Source: Utricularia gibba
Taxonomy: Eukaryota; Plantae; Magnoliophyta
Length of the DNA: 64,000 nucleotides
Reading direction: 5' to 3'
Assembly (NCBI GenBank): GCA_002189035.1
Contig: NEEC01000009.1
Span: 1,922,001-1,986,000 of the forward strand
Below, piece after piece: positions 1-12,271 of the stretch (position 1 is the stretch's first letter; each line of letters opens with the position of its first letter). The notes beneath the pieces were generated by a model. It did not search any database. It was not told where the DNA came from and was given only the letters and a program-made list of their open reading frames with translations. The translations under genes were made by a program, and so were the position numbers.

Positions 1-314
1 GCCTGAGTGCTATCGGTTCACAAATACGTATCTGAATCCGGGATTATACAACTATCCGTTGAGGAAAATCGCCTACACTCATATTTTTTCAAATTTAAAA
101 CTTTTCAAAATTCAAAATTCAAATATGGGTAAAATAAATTACATCATCATAAAAAAGGTTATTTAATCGAACATTATTGATTACATATATTAAAATATGG
201 AAATTATTAGAAGAGGTAATTTAGTAGGTTTCACTTATTACCAATTCAAAAGGGTGCTTTATAATAATGAACTAATTCGGCCATTTTCAAATAAAATAGA
301 CGAAAGTAGCCCTA

Positions 315-369
315 GGCCCAAGATAGAGCCACAGGTTCACAAGTTTCAGGCCCAACTTGAAAACCCTAA
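315..369 (+). promoter_or_regulatory. Site II elements plus telo-box in the eIF3e promoter
   Basis: GGCCCA at 315-320 and 349-354 and AAACCCTAA at 361-369. This combination is typical of plant translation-machinery promoters. Confidence 0.65.
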
Positions 370-512
370 GCCCGAACAAAAATATACTGCTCGTTTGTTT
401 ACATCATCGGCTAAACGCATCTGCACTCCATCCCCAGCCTGCGTCTCTCGATAGCCTTGTCCGACGGCGTCGTCTCCTTCGTTGATTATCACCACACGAG
501 GAAATCTCAGCA

Positions 513-3005
513 ATGGCATCGAAGTACGACTTGACGCAGCGGATAGCGCCTCATCTGGACCGGCATCTCGTATTCCCAATTCTTGAATTCTTGCAGGAGA
601 GAGGGTTGTATGCCGAGGAAGATCTTTTGAAAGCCAAGATCGAACAGCTTAACCATACTAACATGGTGGATTACGCGATGGATATCCACAAATCACTCTA
701 CCGAACCGACGAAGTTCCCCATGGTATTTTGAGTAAACCGCCTATCTTTCCAAATTTCTCCTGAATTTCCTGCATTTGTTTCGGGGGTTTACGCGAAAAC
801 ACTCTGGGTGACGTAAACCGCTCATCTTGAGTATCGTGTCTCGTATGCTACTTTGATCTTGAACCCAGTGGTTGGCGTTGAGCAGATAGTAATGTAATGT
901 TTTTTGTTCTAGTGCGTCTATTGAGAAGTTTAATGTAGTTCTTCCCTTGTATGTAATCAGCAAGGTGATCGTGGATTTCTTAAAGTTCTCTGTCGATTAG
1001 ATGCTAAAGATGGAACCTTTTTTCTCAGAAATGGTGGAGAGGAGAGCTGAGGTGGTTGGACGGCTTAAGGCATTGGAAGAGGCAGCAGCTCCAATTGTTA
1101 CCTTTTTGCAGAATCCTAACGCAGTTCAAGAATTGAGGACTGACAAGCAGTACAATCTTCAGATGCTTAATGATAAATATCAGGTGGGAATGTTTACCAT
1201 GGAACTTTGGTTTTACGTGGCTCCATACTGCAATTTTACCGACTGAACTAGATATCTTTGTATCAATTTTAGTTATGTGACTTCATTGTCATTCGTATGG
1301 GTGTGTGACTTTAGAGGCCTTAGATCAATACCCGCTGGCCCCTTCGTCCAATCTTTAGTGTGCATTTTATGTCTAGAAAATATGATTATGTACTTATTTA
1401 ATATATTTCCTTGTAACATGCGGAATTTTGTCCAGATTGGACCAGAACAGATAGAAGCACTCTACCAATACGCCAAATTTCAGTTTGAATGTGGGAACTA
1501 CTCAGGTGCTGCCGACTATTTGTATCAGTACAGGGCCTTATGCACTAGCCCTGAAAAGAGTTTGAGTGCCTTGTGGGGAAAACTGGCAGCAGAGATATTA
1601 ATGCAAAGCTGGGATGTTGCACTCGAAGAGCTTCTTCGTCTGAAGGAAATAATTGACTCCAAGGTTAATACGAGTGTGTATAAATTTTGCTGTATATGTG
1701 ATTTCATACTTTTAATGCATGGATGTCATATCAGTGGTTAATGTGCTCTGCAGAGCTTCTCTTCTCCTTTGAATCAAGTACAGAGTCGAATTTGGCTAAT
1801 GCATTGGAGTTTATTTGTGTTCTTCAACCATGACAATGGAAGGAATCAAATTATTGATCTGTTCAATCAGGACAAGTATGATTCTGGACTCAATATCTCT
1901 TTTCCTATATTAGCCTTGTTATTTTAAATCCCATAATGCAATGTGCCTTGTAGCACAGTAAGCCGTTTGTCTTTTGGTGAATGTTATTTGAGGGATGGGT
2001 GGCTATCCCTCCTCTAAATGCATGTTGGATCCCAGCACGCTAGAATGTTTATCAGCCCTTTGCCTAAAGATTGCATTTATTTTTATGCCTTCGCTAATCA
2101 CTGAATCCTTTTCACCTTTTATTAGAGTTTTGATGGATCAGTTTTGATATTCTTCTTACTGCAGATATTTAAGTGCTATTCAAACGAATGCTCCCCATCT
2201 TCTACGTTATCTGGCTACTGCGTTTGTGGTGAACAAAAGGAAGCGGCCTCAGTTTAAAGAATTCATTAAAGTGATCCAGCAGGAGCAGTACTCCTCCGAA
2301 GACCCGATTACTGCATTTTTGGCTGCTGTCTATGTGAATTATGACTTTGACTTGGCTCACAAAAAACTGAAGGAGTGTGAAGAAGTAAGCTCAAAGCCCA
2401 CAATCGGCTTCTGTTTTTCATCTCAGGTGTTTATCCATGCTATTATGTTTCCTTCACTGAATGCAGGTAATACTGAACGATCCATTCCTGGGAAAACGAG
2501 TTGAAGAGGGCAACTTCGCTACTGTGCCCTTAAGAGACGAGTTCCTTGAAAATGCCCGTCTTTTTATCTTTGAAACATACTGCCGCATTCATCATCGCAT
2601 TGACATGGGGTATGTCTTTATCCCTGATATCCCGTCTGCCTTAGGATTTTGTTTTCCATTGCTAAACCTTTCTCTTCGTCAGTGTGCTGGCAGAAAAACT
2701 CAATCTGAACTACGAAGAGGCAGAAACATGGATAGTGAATCTCGTACGGACCTCAAAGCTTGAAGCCAAGATCGACTCAAAGAACGGAACAATTACAATG
2801 GAACACCATCACCCCAATGTGTAAGCACCCTTTTCTTCATCATCTGCTTCTGCTGCTTCTGTCATCCTGGATTGGTGGTGGGTCTCATGATTTTCTCCCT
2901 CACAGATATGAGCAGCTCATCGACCATACGAAATCGCTATCTAGCCGAACTTTCAAGCTAGCTACCCAACTCGTTGAACATGCTCAGACACAGGCTATCA
3001 GATGA
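513..3005 (+). CDS. eIF3e: Eukaryotic translation initiation factor 3 subunit E (8 exons: 513-723, 1029-1183, 1436-1663, 1754-1875, 2165-2384, 2467-2609, 2683-2820, 2906-3005)
   Basis: The N-terminus [30 protein letters not shown] and the motifs [24 protein letters not shown] and [17 protein letters not shown] are typical of eIF3e. All introns are GT-AG and splice in frame. Confidence 0.97.
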
Positions 3006-4578
3006 AGAATGCAGTTGTAGTTTCTGGTTGATTCCCGACGATATTTTCAAAATTGAGTGGTACTCTGTTTATTTTGAAATTCATGAGCTGTGCTCGTGTT
3101 GTATGGATGCACACCTTGGTGACTGGGTAAAGTATCAAACCACAGTTCTAACATTGTGAGAATCGACGGCCCAGCCGAACAGGAATCTGAGGCCCCGCTC
3201 AAGTGCGTGAATATTGATGATAACCAGCATACCCCGTCACTTGCCGGAATATATGGGAAGCAAATCGACGGCAGATCCCCAGGTGGTGGCTCTGGCGTCG
3301 GATCTTGGTGTGGGCGTGTACCCCTTCTTTAAGTTGGGCGCCGCCAGGGCAGAGTTGGCACTACTGCCTGTTCCGTCTTCGTGTCTCTGCAAACGTAGGA
3401 TTTTCCGATCTGGTTGTCCGTGGCTTCTTCCGCCTTGGGCAGAGTTGTGATCATCTCGTAACCCGTGTGATTGCAAAGCACTTTCCTGGGAATGACATGT
3501 GAAAATCGACTTCATTTTGCCCTAACCTATCCTTTTGTTCTTGTGAAATTAGAGATTTCGTACTGAACACTGCGCACCTTGGGCATCAGCCAAAATAGCC
3601 TTTTGTTCGATTGGTGACCTGAAATGATGGCTTGAAGTTGCGCTCTGGATTAATAAGGATACGTGTTATTGATACCTGCAGTTCTCTTGAAAATTTCACA
3701 AACACCGATCTGTGAAGGGATTCTATAGATTCATTTGTAATTCGTACGAATGTAGTCTGGGAATTTGTCATCAGCTTTGGCATTTTGATCATTTTCCTTG
3801 GTTTGCTGCAGCTCCTGGCTGTTGTACTATGGCTAATACCAGAAGGGCCATTTTGTTTTCTGTTCTGTACATGCATAGCAATGCCCACAAGGAAGACAGT
3901 TCACCCGGCATGATGATTCTGAGATGGATGTATGAAGAAGAACTGCCTGATTCTGGAACCAGATTGCCTGCATTTTGAGGTGGGGATCACTACTGGGCAA
4001 GCACCAGGTATCCATCCCCTCCAACCTCCTCATCCTGATCATCTTGTCATCCCCAGAATCTCATACTGTTTTACAGAATACAGAGTGAGTCATCATCAAT
4101 TTGTTTGGTTTTTGCAGAATTCATGCACACTGAGTAGTTATTTTTATGGTCCGTCAAGTCAAGTGTGCAGACTGACTACACATGTTGTGTCGGAAGACAC
4201 CATCCACACACATAAATAACTTTCTTTTTCATTTTAAAGTATTTCTCTGTGGTGAGTCAAAGCACTCTACTTTTTGATGACAGCACAGCCCTAGAGCTCC
4301 CCAAACAGAACTGCGCAGTCCCCGGTCAGGTCACCGTGAATCTCTGAACCCCCAACATGGCGCACTCGTCTTCCATATTCTCCCTTTCCCTTCCAAAAGC
4401 AAAGCCCCTTTGAAGTGCTTTGCGGGTGATGGCATGCTATTAGTATGAAAACTATGAGCTTCAACCCCACTGCCAGAGCCTGAACACTCCCAAATGTCTA
4501 GATAATCTGGAGAGTTCAGATCTGAAAGTTTTTGATTTTTTTGGAGTTGCAATTTTGAAAGACCAGGTCATAAGGGGC

Positions 4579-6110
4579 TCAATAATGATGATACATGGAA
4601 GAAGAAGTAGCTCCAGTAGGGTGGTTCGTGAGCTCCCTCTGGTTCTTGTGGCTGCTGCCGCTGCTACTTTCCTCCCTCTCCGGCATTTTCCTGGTGAAGG
4701 CGCTGCCCATCATTGCGCCCAAGTTCAAATACCCTGGGCTACCGCCGCCGCTCGATGTCGGCGGATGAATAGCCGCCGCCACGGTATTTCCCTCCTCCCT
4801 GTCCAACACTGCGGCGGCTGACTGCACGAGCTCGAGGCAGAGCCGCAGCTTGTTGGGATCAATATGCGACAGCCCAGGAACCGCTCCTTTAAACAAGATA
4901 TCGCTCGTTAGGGTTCTCAGAATGTCCAACGGCGTGATCCCGTCAATCGTCCGGCTATTGGGATCCGCGTGGTGATCCAGCAGCACCGCCACCATATCCG
5001 GTGACACCATCTCCGCCGCCACGTGGAGTGGGGTTCTCCCCGCCGGCCCCGCTGGGTAGTTTACATCGGTGGCGCCTAATTCCAGCAACGCCTTCACTAC
5101 TTCTCTAGTGCAATTCTCAACCGCGTAGTGTAAAGCTAACGCCTCATCGAGATTGATGCCCTCCGTCATGACCATCAGCTTGATGAGCTCCACGTCGGAT
5201 GAATCGAGGGCGCTTCGCATCCGCCAGATTTTGCTGTCGTTGAGATCGTGGTGGCGGTGATGATGATGGATTGTACGGCTACCACCGGACATTGCGGACT
5301 TCAGCCGGAGTTCCTCGATTCTCGCGACCATGTCCATGGGGATGTTTCGTCAAAATCTCCGGCGGGAGACCCGATTTCGATACCAAATGTGAACAAACGT
5401 TCCATAGTTGATGCATCTCATGCTTTCTAGAAGCTACGAGAACCTTCATCACATCCTCGATCGACGCTTTCTCCACCATTCCCATCAGTTGCTTCTGCTA
5501 AATACACTTGTTATACTTGCAATCTCTGCAACTCATTTGTTCAAAAGGGAGTCCATAGACGAAGTATGTATATAGCAGGAAGCATGGCAAAGAACAATAA
5601 GCAAATGAGCGCATCTCAGCCGATACACGAAACCCAGCACACGAGAACTAAAAAAGACTCGGTTTTTAAACCAAACCTGAGTGAGTAAAGCAAGCTGCTC
5701 AACTCCGAAGGATCTCGCAGCGGCTAGGGTTTCAACGGCTAGGGCCACGGCGGAGGAGCAATGCGTGTGCCAGCAGCCACGGTCGCTGCAATCCGGGCGG
5801 GGCTCCTGTTTATGAGGAATAATGGAAACTTGGCCACTGTACAAGAACTGCAGCATGAACAGAAACACTTCGTAGCTCACAGAATTGATAGGAACCACCA
5901 CCTGGGAACTGCCGCCTCTAACCGGAGAAGGAGGCGCCTCGGAACCGGAGAAGAATTTTCGGAAAAAGGGCTACGCGCCGCCAGGATGCAGCGGTGTGCG
6001 TGGAGGAGACGGCCATCGATGCTGAAAGTCACATCGCTGAAAGCTTGGCCGTTGATGAGGAGATTTAAGTAGTCGAGTGAGAGAGATCTGAGGGACTCCT
6101 CAAGGCTCAT
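4579..6110 (-). CDS. BOP: BLADE-ON-PETIOLE (NPR5/6-like) BTB/POZ-ankyrin protein, 2 exons (6110-5677, 5494-4579), with two apparent frameshifts (about 5965 and 5340)
   Basis: MSLEESLRSLSLDYLNLLINGQAFSDVTFS...HRCILAARS, VVPINSVSYEVFLFMLQFLYSGQ, RMRSALDSSDVELIKLMVMTEGINLDEALALHYAVENC and the ankyrin segment GRTPLHVAAEMVSPDMV are all BOP-type. Frame changes are needed to join these pieces. Confidence 0.93.
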
Positions 6111-7899
6111 GGCGTTTATGTTGTTGGAGGAGATGGAGAAGAAAAGAGAAGACGAAAGTACTGTGTGCTTTTCTTTGCTTTTGCTGTACACGATATGTGT
6201 GTTCACTGGAGAGAATAGAAGAAGTGAAAGGGGATCAATTTTTTTTTATTTTATATTATATTTTCAATGCCTAAAATAAATAATCCCATATTTATTACAT
6301 CATCACAGTCAAGATAAGCTCTAGATCATTCCCATCCAGACCTCCATGAAATAACACATTACATCATCCTTTCCAATTCAATCTGTACGGACCTTTTCCA
6401 AACCCTACGATCTTCAGTCAGTTGAACACTTTTGATTTGTGCACATGGGTGTTTAGCAGCAAATGCAAGATGCCTGATTAGGGTTTTTGGACTAATCCCA
6501 TTGGGGTTTGAGAATGCAGATGAATGAACTATGAGGAAAATGCACTCCGAAGTGGGGTGCTGATGGAGATAAAAGAGATGGAAACTGAGGCATGCTGCGC
6601 AGTGCTTCTCTTTCAATTAGAAGCTTATCACGCATTGGTGCTAATGGACTACCTAATCCTTTGGATGCAAACTGGCTCCTCGAAATGTTCAAAAAAACAA
6701 AAAGAAAATGCCCCACCAATTCAACACACAGAGAGAGGGAGGAGTTCCCCTCAGATAAGTCAAAAAAGGAGTGTGCCATGATTTGACGAGTCGATAAATT
6801 GGGATGAGAATATGTGAGAGGCGCAGCCCAGGGTCAGGCTTGACTGACCTCTCCATGCCAGCCCAGACCCTCACGCAGAAAGACACAGAAACGCCATGCC
6901 CGGTTCTGTTTCTGTGTGCGTGCGCCTTTACTTTCAGCCATCTTGGCTCCTTGCATTCATCCGGGCTTGCTGTTCTCCTCCTTCATTCCACCATAACTAT
7001 CTCATTTTGGTGCTAACACCACAGCATCCTTACTCAAAGTATTGCACAGTAAGCCACAAGCCACCAAAATGGCCTGAGAGCAGAGTTTGCTGATCTCTCG
7101 TTGTGTTAGATACCGTGTTTTCAGGCGCTGATTTCCATGGGCTGCTGCTCTTTGATTGACCTACGCCTTGCGTTCATCAAAAACACATCAAAATGTTATC
7201 ACAAATTCTCATAAAATAATCGCCAGTCTCCAACCTATGAGCTTCCGGGCGGAGAAAAAAGCGCAGGTCTGCACGTGGCGGCGGGGCCCAGAAGCCGACA
7301 AGCGTATAGGGCGTCTTATCAAAGGTCACTTCCCCTCCATTCAAAAACAACAATAATTCCCATAAAAATAAAAATAATATGTATTTTTGGATTTCTCAAT
7401 TGATTTCCTTGTCAGAACGTCGCATCGCAAAAAAGAAATTCAATGGCTCTCAATAAAACAGCCAGGAAAATTGCTCAATAAAAAAATATAGAATGTATTT
7501 TTTGTGGTCGAACCAACACTGACGTAGCGCCCTACACGTGGCCGAGTAGCCCGTCGGTGGCAGACACATGGACAATTGGAATGTCCGTACGGTTGTCCTT
7601 GGGCCCTATGGCCCAATTCGGTACCTCTGGTCCACAACATTGGCCCAGGCATTCGCGTCGGGGGAAGCCCATTTCTATTTTTGTTTGAAACATAAAATAT
7701 GAATTTCTTCTGTAAACGAATTGATTTTCATTTGTTTATATTAAAAAATCTTGTAATAAAAAAAAAGCAGAAACACGTTTCTATGAATGTGTCACGTGGC
7801 GAAAGGATGGAATTTTGATGAGGCAAGTCTAACACCTGTCGGTTTTGTAATAACCGGGCCGATATAGTTCTCTGGTTTTGTTTTTCAGGAAAACAAGTG

Positions 7900-8735
7900 A
7901 TGTCGGAATCACCTCCATGGGAAGTTCTGGAGCTTGTAGCGCAACGGCTTGACCCTAAGGCCGTCGCCTCCGCCGCCTGCGTATGCAAATCATGGTCCCT
8001 TTTCATGTGCTCCGATCACCTCTGGCGCTCGTTTTGCTCCGCCGCCTTCCCTTCGCTTTTAAACCTCCGCGCTGCCGTTCCAGCTCCGGTCTCCTACCGT
8101 AAGCTCTATTCTATCGGCTGCGCGGCTGAGCTCCGTCGCCGGTACACGCCCCCGAGGCCCCATTTCTCATTGAAGGATTTCTTCTTCGCCGTCGACATCT
8201 ACGCCACGAGGCACGCGGGAGTCCTGATGACGGTGGTGAAACCCGGCAGCGAACTCGATGGTGACGCGGACGTTTTCCGGTTCGATATCGACGTGGCGGC
8301 TTCCGAAATGGTTGTGGTTTATTAAGTTCTAATAGTCCCATCACTGTTTTTCACCTTAGTTGAATTTACCATCACGTGTTCGCCATAGGTGGCGTTCCAG
8401 CCACTGGAGGACAGCCTGAGAGTAACATGGAGCATTGTATTGGGGGATTTCGAGGGTGTTTTCACAGTGATGGATTGCGTGGGAAATGGGAGCTTCGTGA
8501 TGGGCTTGAAGGATGGTTTTCGAAGGAGCTCCCATCGCGAGGGTGCTGCTCCGGCGGCGCCGGTAGCGGGCTGGTGGCTGAGCTGCGGATGGGGCTGCGC
8601 CGGAGGGATGATGGGAACGTGGTGATGGAGAAGATGAGCCTAGGGATCCTGAGCATTGTGAGTTGGAGATACGTGACAGTCGATGACGCTCTCAGATACT
8701 TGCAGCATTTCTTACCGCCGCCGCATCTGGTTTAG
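7900..8735 (+). CDS. Plant F-box protein (2 exons, intron about 8311-8388) with one apparent frameshift at 8502-8504
   Basis: The F-box motif PPWEVLELVAQRLDPKAVASAACVCKSW is present. The C-terminus LEGWFSKELPSRGCCS...VSWRYVTVDDALRYLQHFL lies in another frame, and one extra G restores it. Confidence 0.8.
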
Positions 8736-9088
8736 ATAATGATGCAACATATCAAATTCCCAAATTGCCCTTTTGGGAAATTTGAATGTATAATTTAGCT
8801 GTTTGTGTTTAAATAGTCAATTAATTTTTTAAATTTCAATATATGTGTTTATAAATAAATAAATAAATAAAAATTAATAAAAACAGATGAATTTTATGAT
8901 TTTGGGCCCGTTAAATGGGCTTTAACTGGAAATGGGTTTTCGGCCCATTTGGTGTACCCAATGTTGCCCCGTCTCTACATTCAAAAATTTGTCCCCTGGC
9001 GGATACTATCCGTTAATTGTCTGTGCGAGGTTTGCCTGTGCACGGGGGACGGTGAGAAACCCTAAATTGAGCATTCGTGCTCAAATCA

Positions 9089-12018
9089 ATGAGGAAGAGC
9101 AAAGAGCGAGGAGTGTCATCACTGGGGAGTGCTCAGTCGGATACTTTCGCGGACTCAGAAAACTTTCCGGAGGCATCACAAGAGGGCCCTAGTGATGGTA
9201 GTTCACAGCCGGAGCCCGAAACTTTTCTGGTTGGTTTCGTGATTGTAAATATTGTTGGGTTGCGGTATTATCGGGGCACTATCAATGGCCGGGAAGTTGT
9301 GGGATTGATTCGAGAGGAGCTGAACCCATACGATGAGAACGCCATTAAGGTTGTCAACATGAGATCAGTACAGGTCGGTCACATTGAGCGCTCAGCGGCG
9401 GCCGTTTTATCCCCTCTGATTGATGGCGGTTGGATCGTTGTTGAAGGTAGTATACGTCGCTGTTTTTTTTTTCTCTTTTTTCCGTATCCCTGGGTTATAT
9501 GATGATGTTTTGGTGACTTGCGTTTTGATAGGTATCGTGCCGAAGCCATTTGGGAAGAATAGACCTTTCAAGTTGCCATGTCAAGTTCACATTTTTGCGA
9601 AACTAGAGGACTTTGAGAGTGTGAGGTTCATGATTGAGTCGAGCATCCTGCAGTTGATCTCAGTTGACAATGCATCATTTACATTGTCAGAGGCAATGGC
9701 AGTAAAAGAGGGAAAATCTGTAAAGACGGAGAGGAGCGTAGATGAGATATTCAAGTCATTGGAATTGAAAATCAGTGAAGAGCAGCCTTTGGCTGCACTG
9801 GATCCTCCGAAAAACATCATAAAGTCAGAGCTCTTTTTGCATCAGAAGAAGGCTTTGGGATGGTTGTTTAGTCGGGAAAATTCAGATGAGTTGCCTCCAT
9901 TTTGGGAGGAGAAAAATGGAATGTATGTTAATGAGTTAACCAATTATCAAACTGATATAAGACCTGATCCGTTGCTTGGAGGTATTTATGCAGATGACAT
10001 GGGAATGGGGAAGACTCTCACGTTGCTTTCACTGATTGCGTTGGACAAGAATGGTGAACATGTGGCTTCATTCCTCTCTAAAGATGCTGGTATTCAAGAA
10101 GATGCGGCCACTTCATCATCCACGAGCAAGGCATCAAGAAGTAGCGGGAGAAAAGTGGCCCGTGCTTCACGGAAAAGAAAAAGAACTGAAGATGCACTTT
10201 CAGAAAAAGGGAAAGGTCTCCCAGCGGATAAATTCTCTTCATCAGAGCCAAAACCGACATTGATTGTTTGCCCCCCATCAGTTTTATCAGCCTGGGTTAC
10301 ACAGTTGGAAGAACACACAACAAAGGGCAGCTTAAAATTGTATATGTACTATGGAGATCGGACGGAAGATGCTGAAGAGCTTCAGAAGTTTGACATTGTG
10401 TTGACAACATATAGTACTCTAGCTTGTGAGATGAGCATTGGTCCGTCTCCAATTGACATGATTGAGTGGAGACGAGTTATTCTAGATGAAGCACATCTGA
10501 TTAAGAATCCAAAAGGACAGCAAAGTCATGCAGTAACTAAACTTAATGCAAAACGCAGATGGGCTGTTACAGGTACCCCAGTTCAAAATAGCTCGTTTGA
10601 TTTATTTTCACTGGTGGCATTTCTGAAGTTTGAGCCTCTTTCAATGAGAAGCCTATGGATTAGTTTGATACATCGTCCCCTTTCCCAAAGAGATGAGAAG
10701 GGGGTCTCGAGATTACAGGTAACCAGAACTTACCTGCTTGTGATCCACAAATCTGGTTTAGTGTCCATGGCGATGGGGCCATGAATATAATTTCATTGAA
10801 TTGCTATGTTTCTATCTTTATCATTATTTTTTTTTCATAGGTCCTTATGAATGCCATATCCTTGAGGAGAACTAAGGATAAAGTTTTGGATTGGCTCCCC
10901 GCTAAGACTACAGATACTGTTCTTGTTGAGCTACAAGAAGAGGAGCGCCAAGTTTATGATCATTTGGAAGAAGAGGCTGGAAAGGTTATTAGCCGCTATA
11001 TTTCGGACGACACTTCCATCATGAAGAGCTACTCTACTATTCTAGGCATCCTTGTTAGACTTCGGCAGGTTTGCGACAGTTTGGCCCTTTGCCCTGCAGA
11101 CATCAGATTTCAACTTCCACAGAACCAAATTGAAGGTAAATAAAGTAGCCTTTTAACTAGCTAGTGAATTCAATGTTGAACTTTTTTTGGTTTTATGTTA
11201 ATATACTTCTCGATGCAGATGTTGAGAATAACCCAACATTACTGGAAAAACTGCTGTCAATTTTGCAAGATGGAGAGGATTTTGACTGTCCAATCTGCAT
11301 TTCTCCTCCGACAAATACCGTGATCACATCCTGTGCTCACCTATTTTGTGAATCCTGTATCCGAAGAACTTTAAAGAAAAGCAAACCTTGCTGCCCAATG
11401 TGCCGCTGTCCACTTTCAGAATCCGACCTCTTCAAAGCTCGTCAAGAATCATCTCAGACATCCGAGGCTTCATCTTCGGTTACATCTTCCAAGATTTCAG
11501 CCCTTTTGAAGCTTCTTATGGCTCCTGGAGACAAGGGCACCTCCTGTAAATCAGTTGTCTTCTCCCAGTTCCGAAAGATGCTACTTTTGCTCCAACACCC
11601 ACTTGAAGAAGCTGGTTTCAGAGTAATCCGCTTGGACGGATCAATGAATGCAAAAAAGCGAGCAGAAGCTATCGCGGAATTCAGCTCCCCTGCCCTTCAG
11701 GGGCCCTGTGTCTTACTTGCAAGTCTTAAAGCATCTGGTGTAGGGATAAATCTTACCTGTGCTTCAACAGTGTACTTATTTGAACCATGGTGGAATCCAG
11801 CTGCTGAGGAGCAGGCCGTGGACCGCGTTCACCGAATAGGACAGAAGAACGAGGTAAAAATAGTAAGATTGATTGCTAAAAATACCATCGAGGAGAGAGT
11901 GCTGAGGCTGCAAGAGAAGAAAAGGTTGCTGGCCAAGAGAGCTTTTGATGGAAGAGGCAGGAAAGAAGGCACAAGAGAGATAAACCGAGATGATCTTGCA
12001 ACTCTCATGAAGTTGTGA
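9089..12018 (+). CDS. SMARCA3/HLTF-like (Rad5 family) HIRAN-SNF2 helicase-RING protein; exons 9089-9446, 9532-10718, 10841-11135, 11219-12018
   Basis: HIRAN domain (IVGLRYYRGTINGREVVGLIRE..NPYDENAIKV), motif I ADDMGMGKT, ILDEAH, TGTPVQN, C3HC4 RING (CPIC...CAHLFCESC...CPMC) and helicase C (SLKASGVGINLT, WWNPAAEEQAVDRVHRIGQ). Confidence 0.95.
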
Positions 12019-12271
12019 ACGTAAATATGCAGGCTTTTGTACAAATTTAGTCAAGATAAATTGACTTGTAATTCCCTTTAACCGGAGCATCCTTTGCACT
12101 TGCTTGTCTGATCCTTGATCAAGACACCAATTAATTAAACTAATGATAAGAATTTAGGATCCAAGAACAACCAAACAAACAGCTAAGGTAAACACTAGTA
12201 AAACAAAAAAGAGTAGTGACTGCAACAGGAGTGGCAACAAGCAACATTTTCAGATCGTTTGAAGTCATCAA

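Noticed and set aside
4275-4346. TGATGA...CTGA resembling a C/D snoRNA
   Set aside because: No terminal stem and no recognisable rRNA guide; such short boxes occur often by chance.
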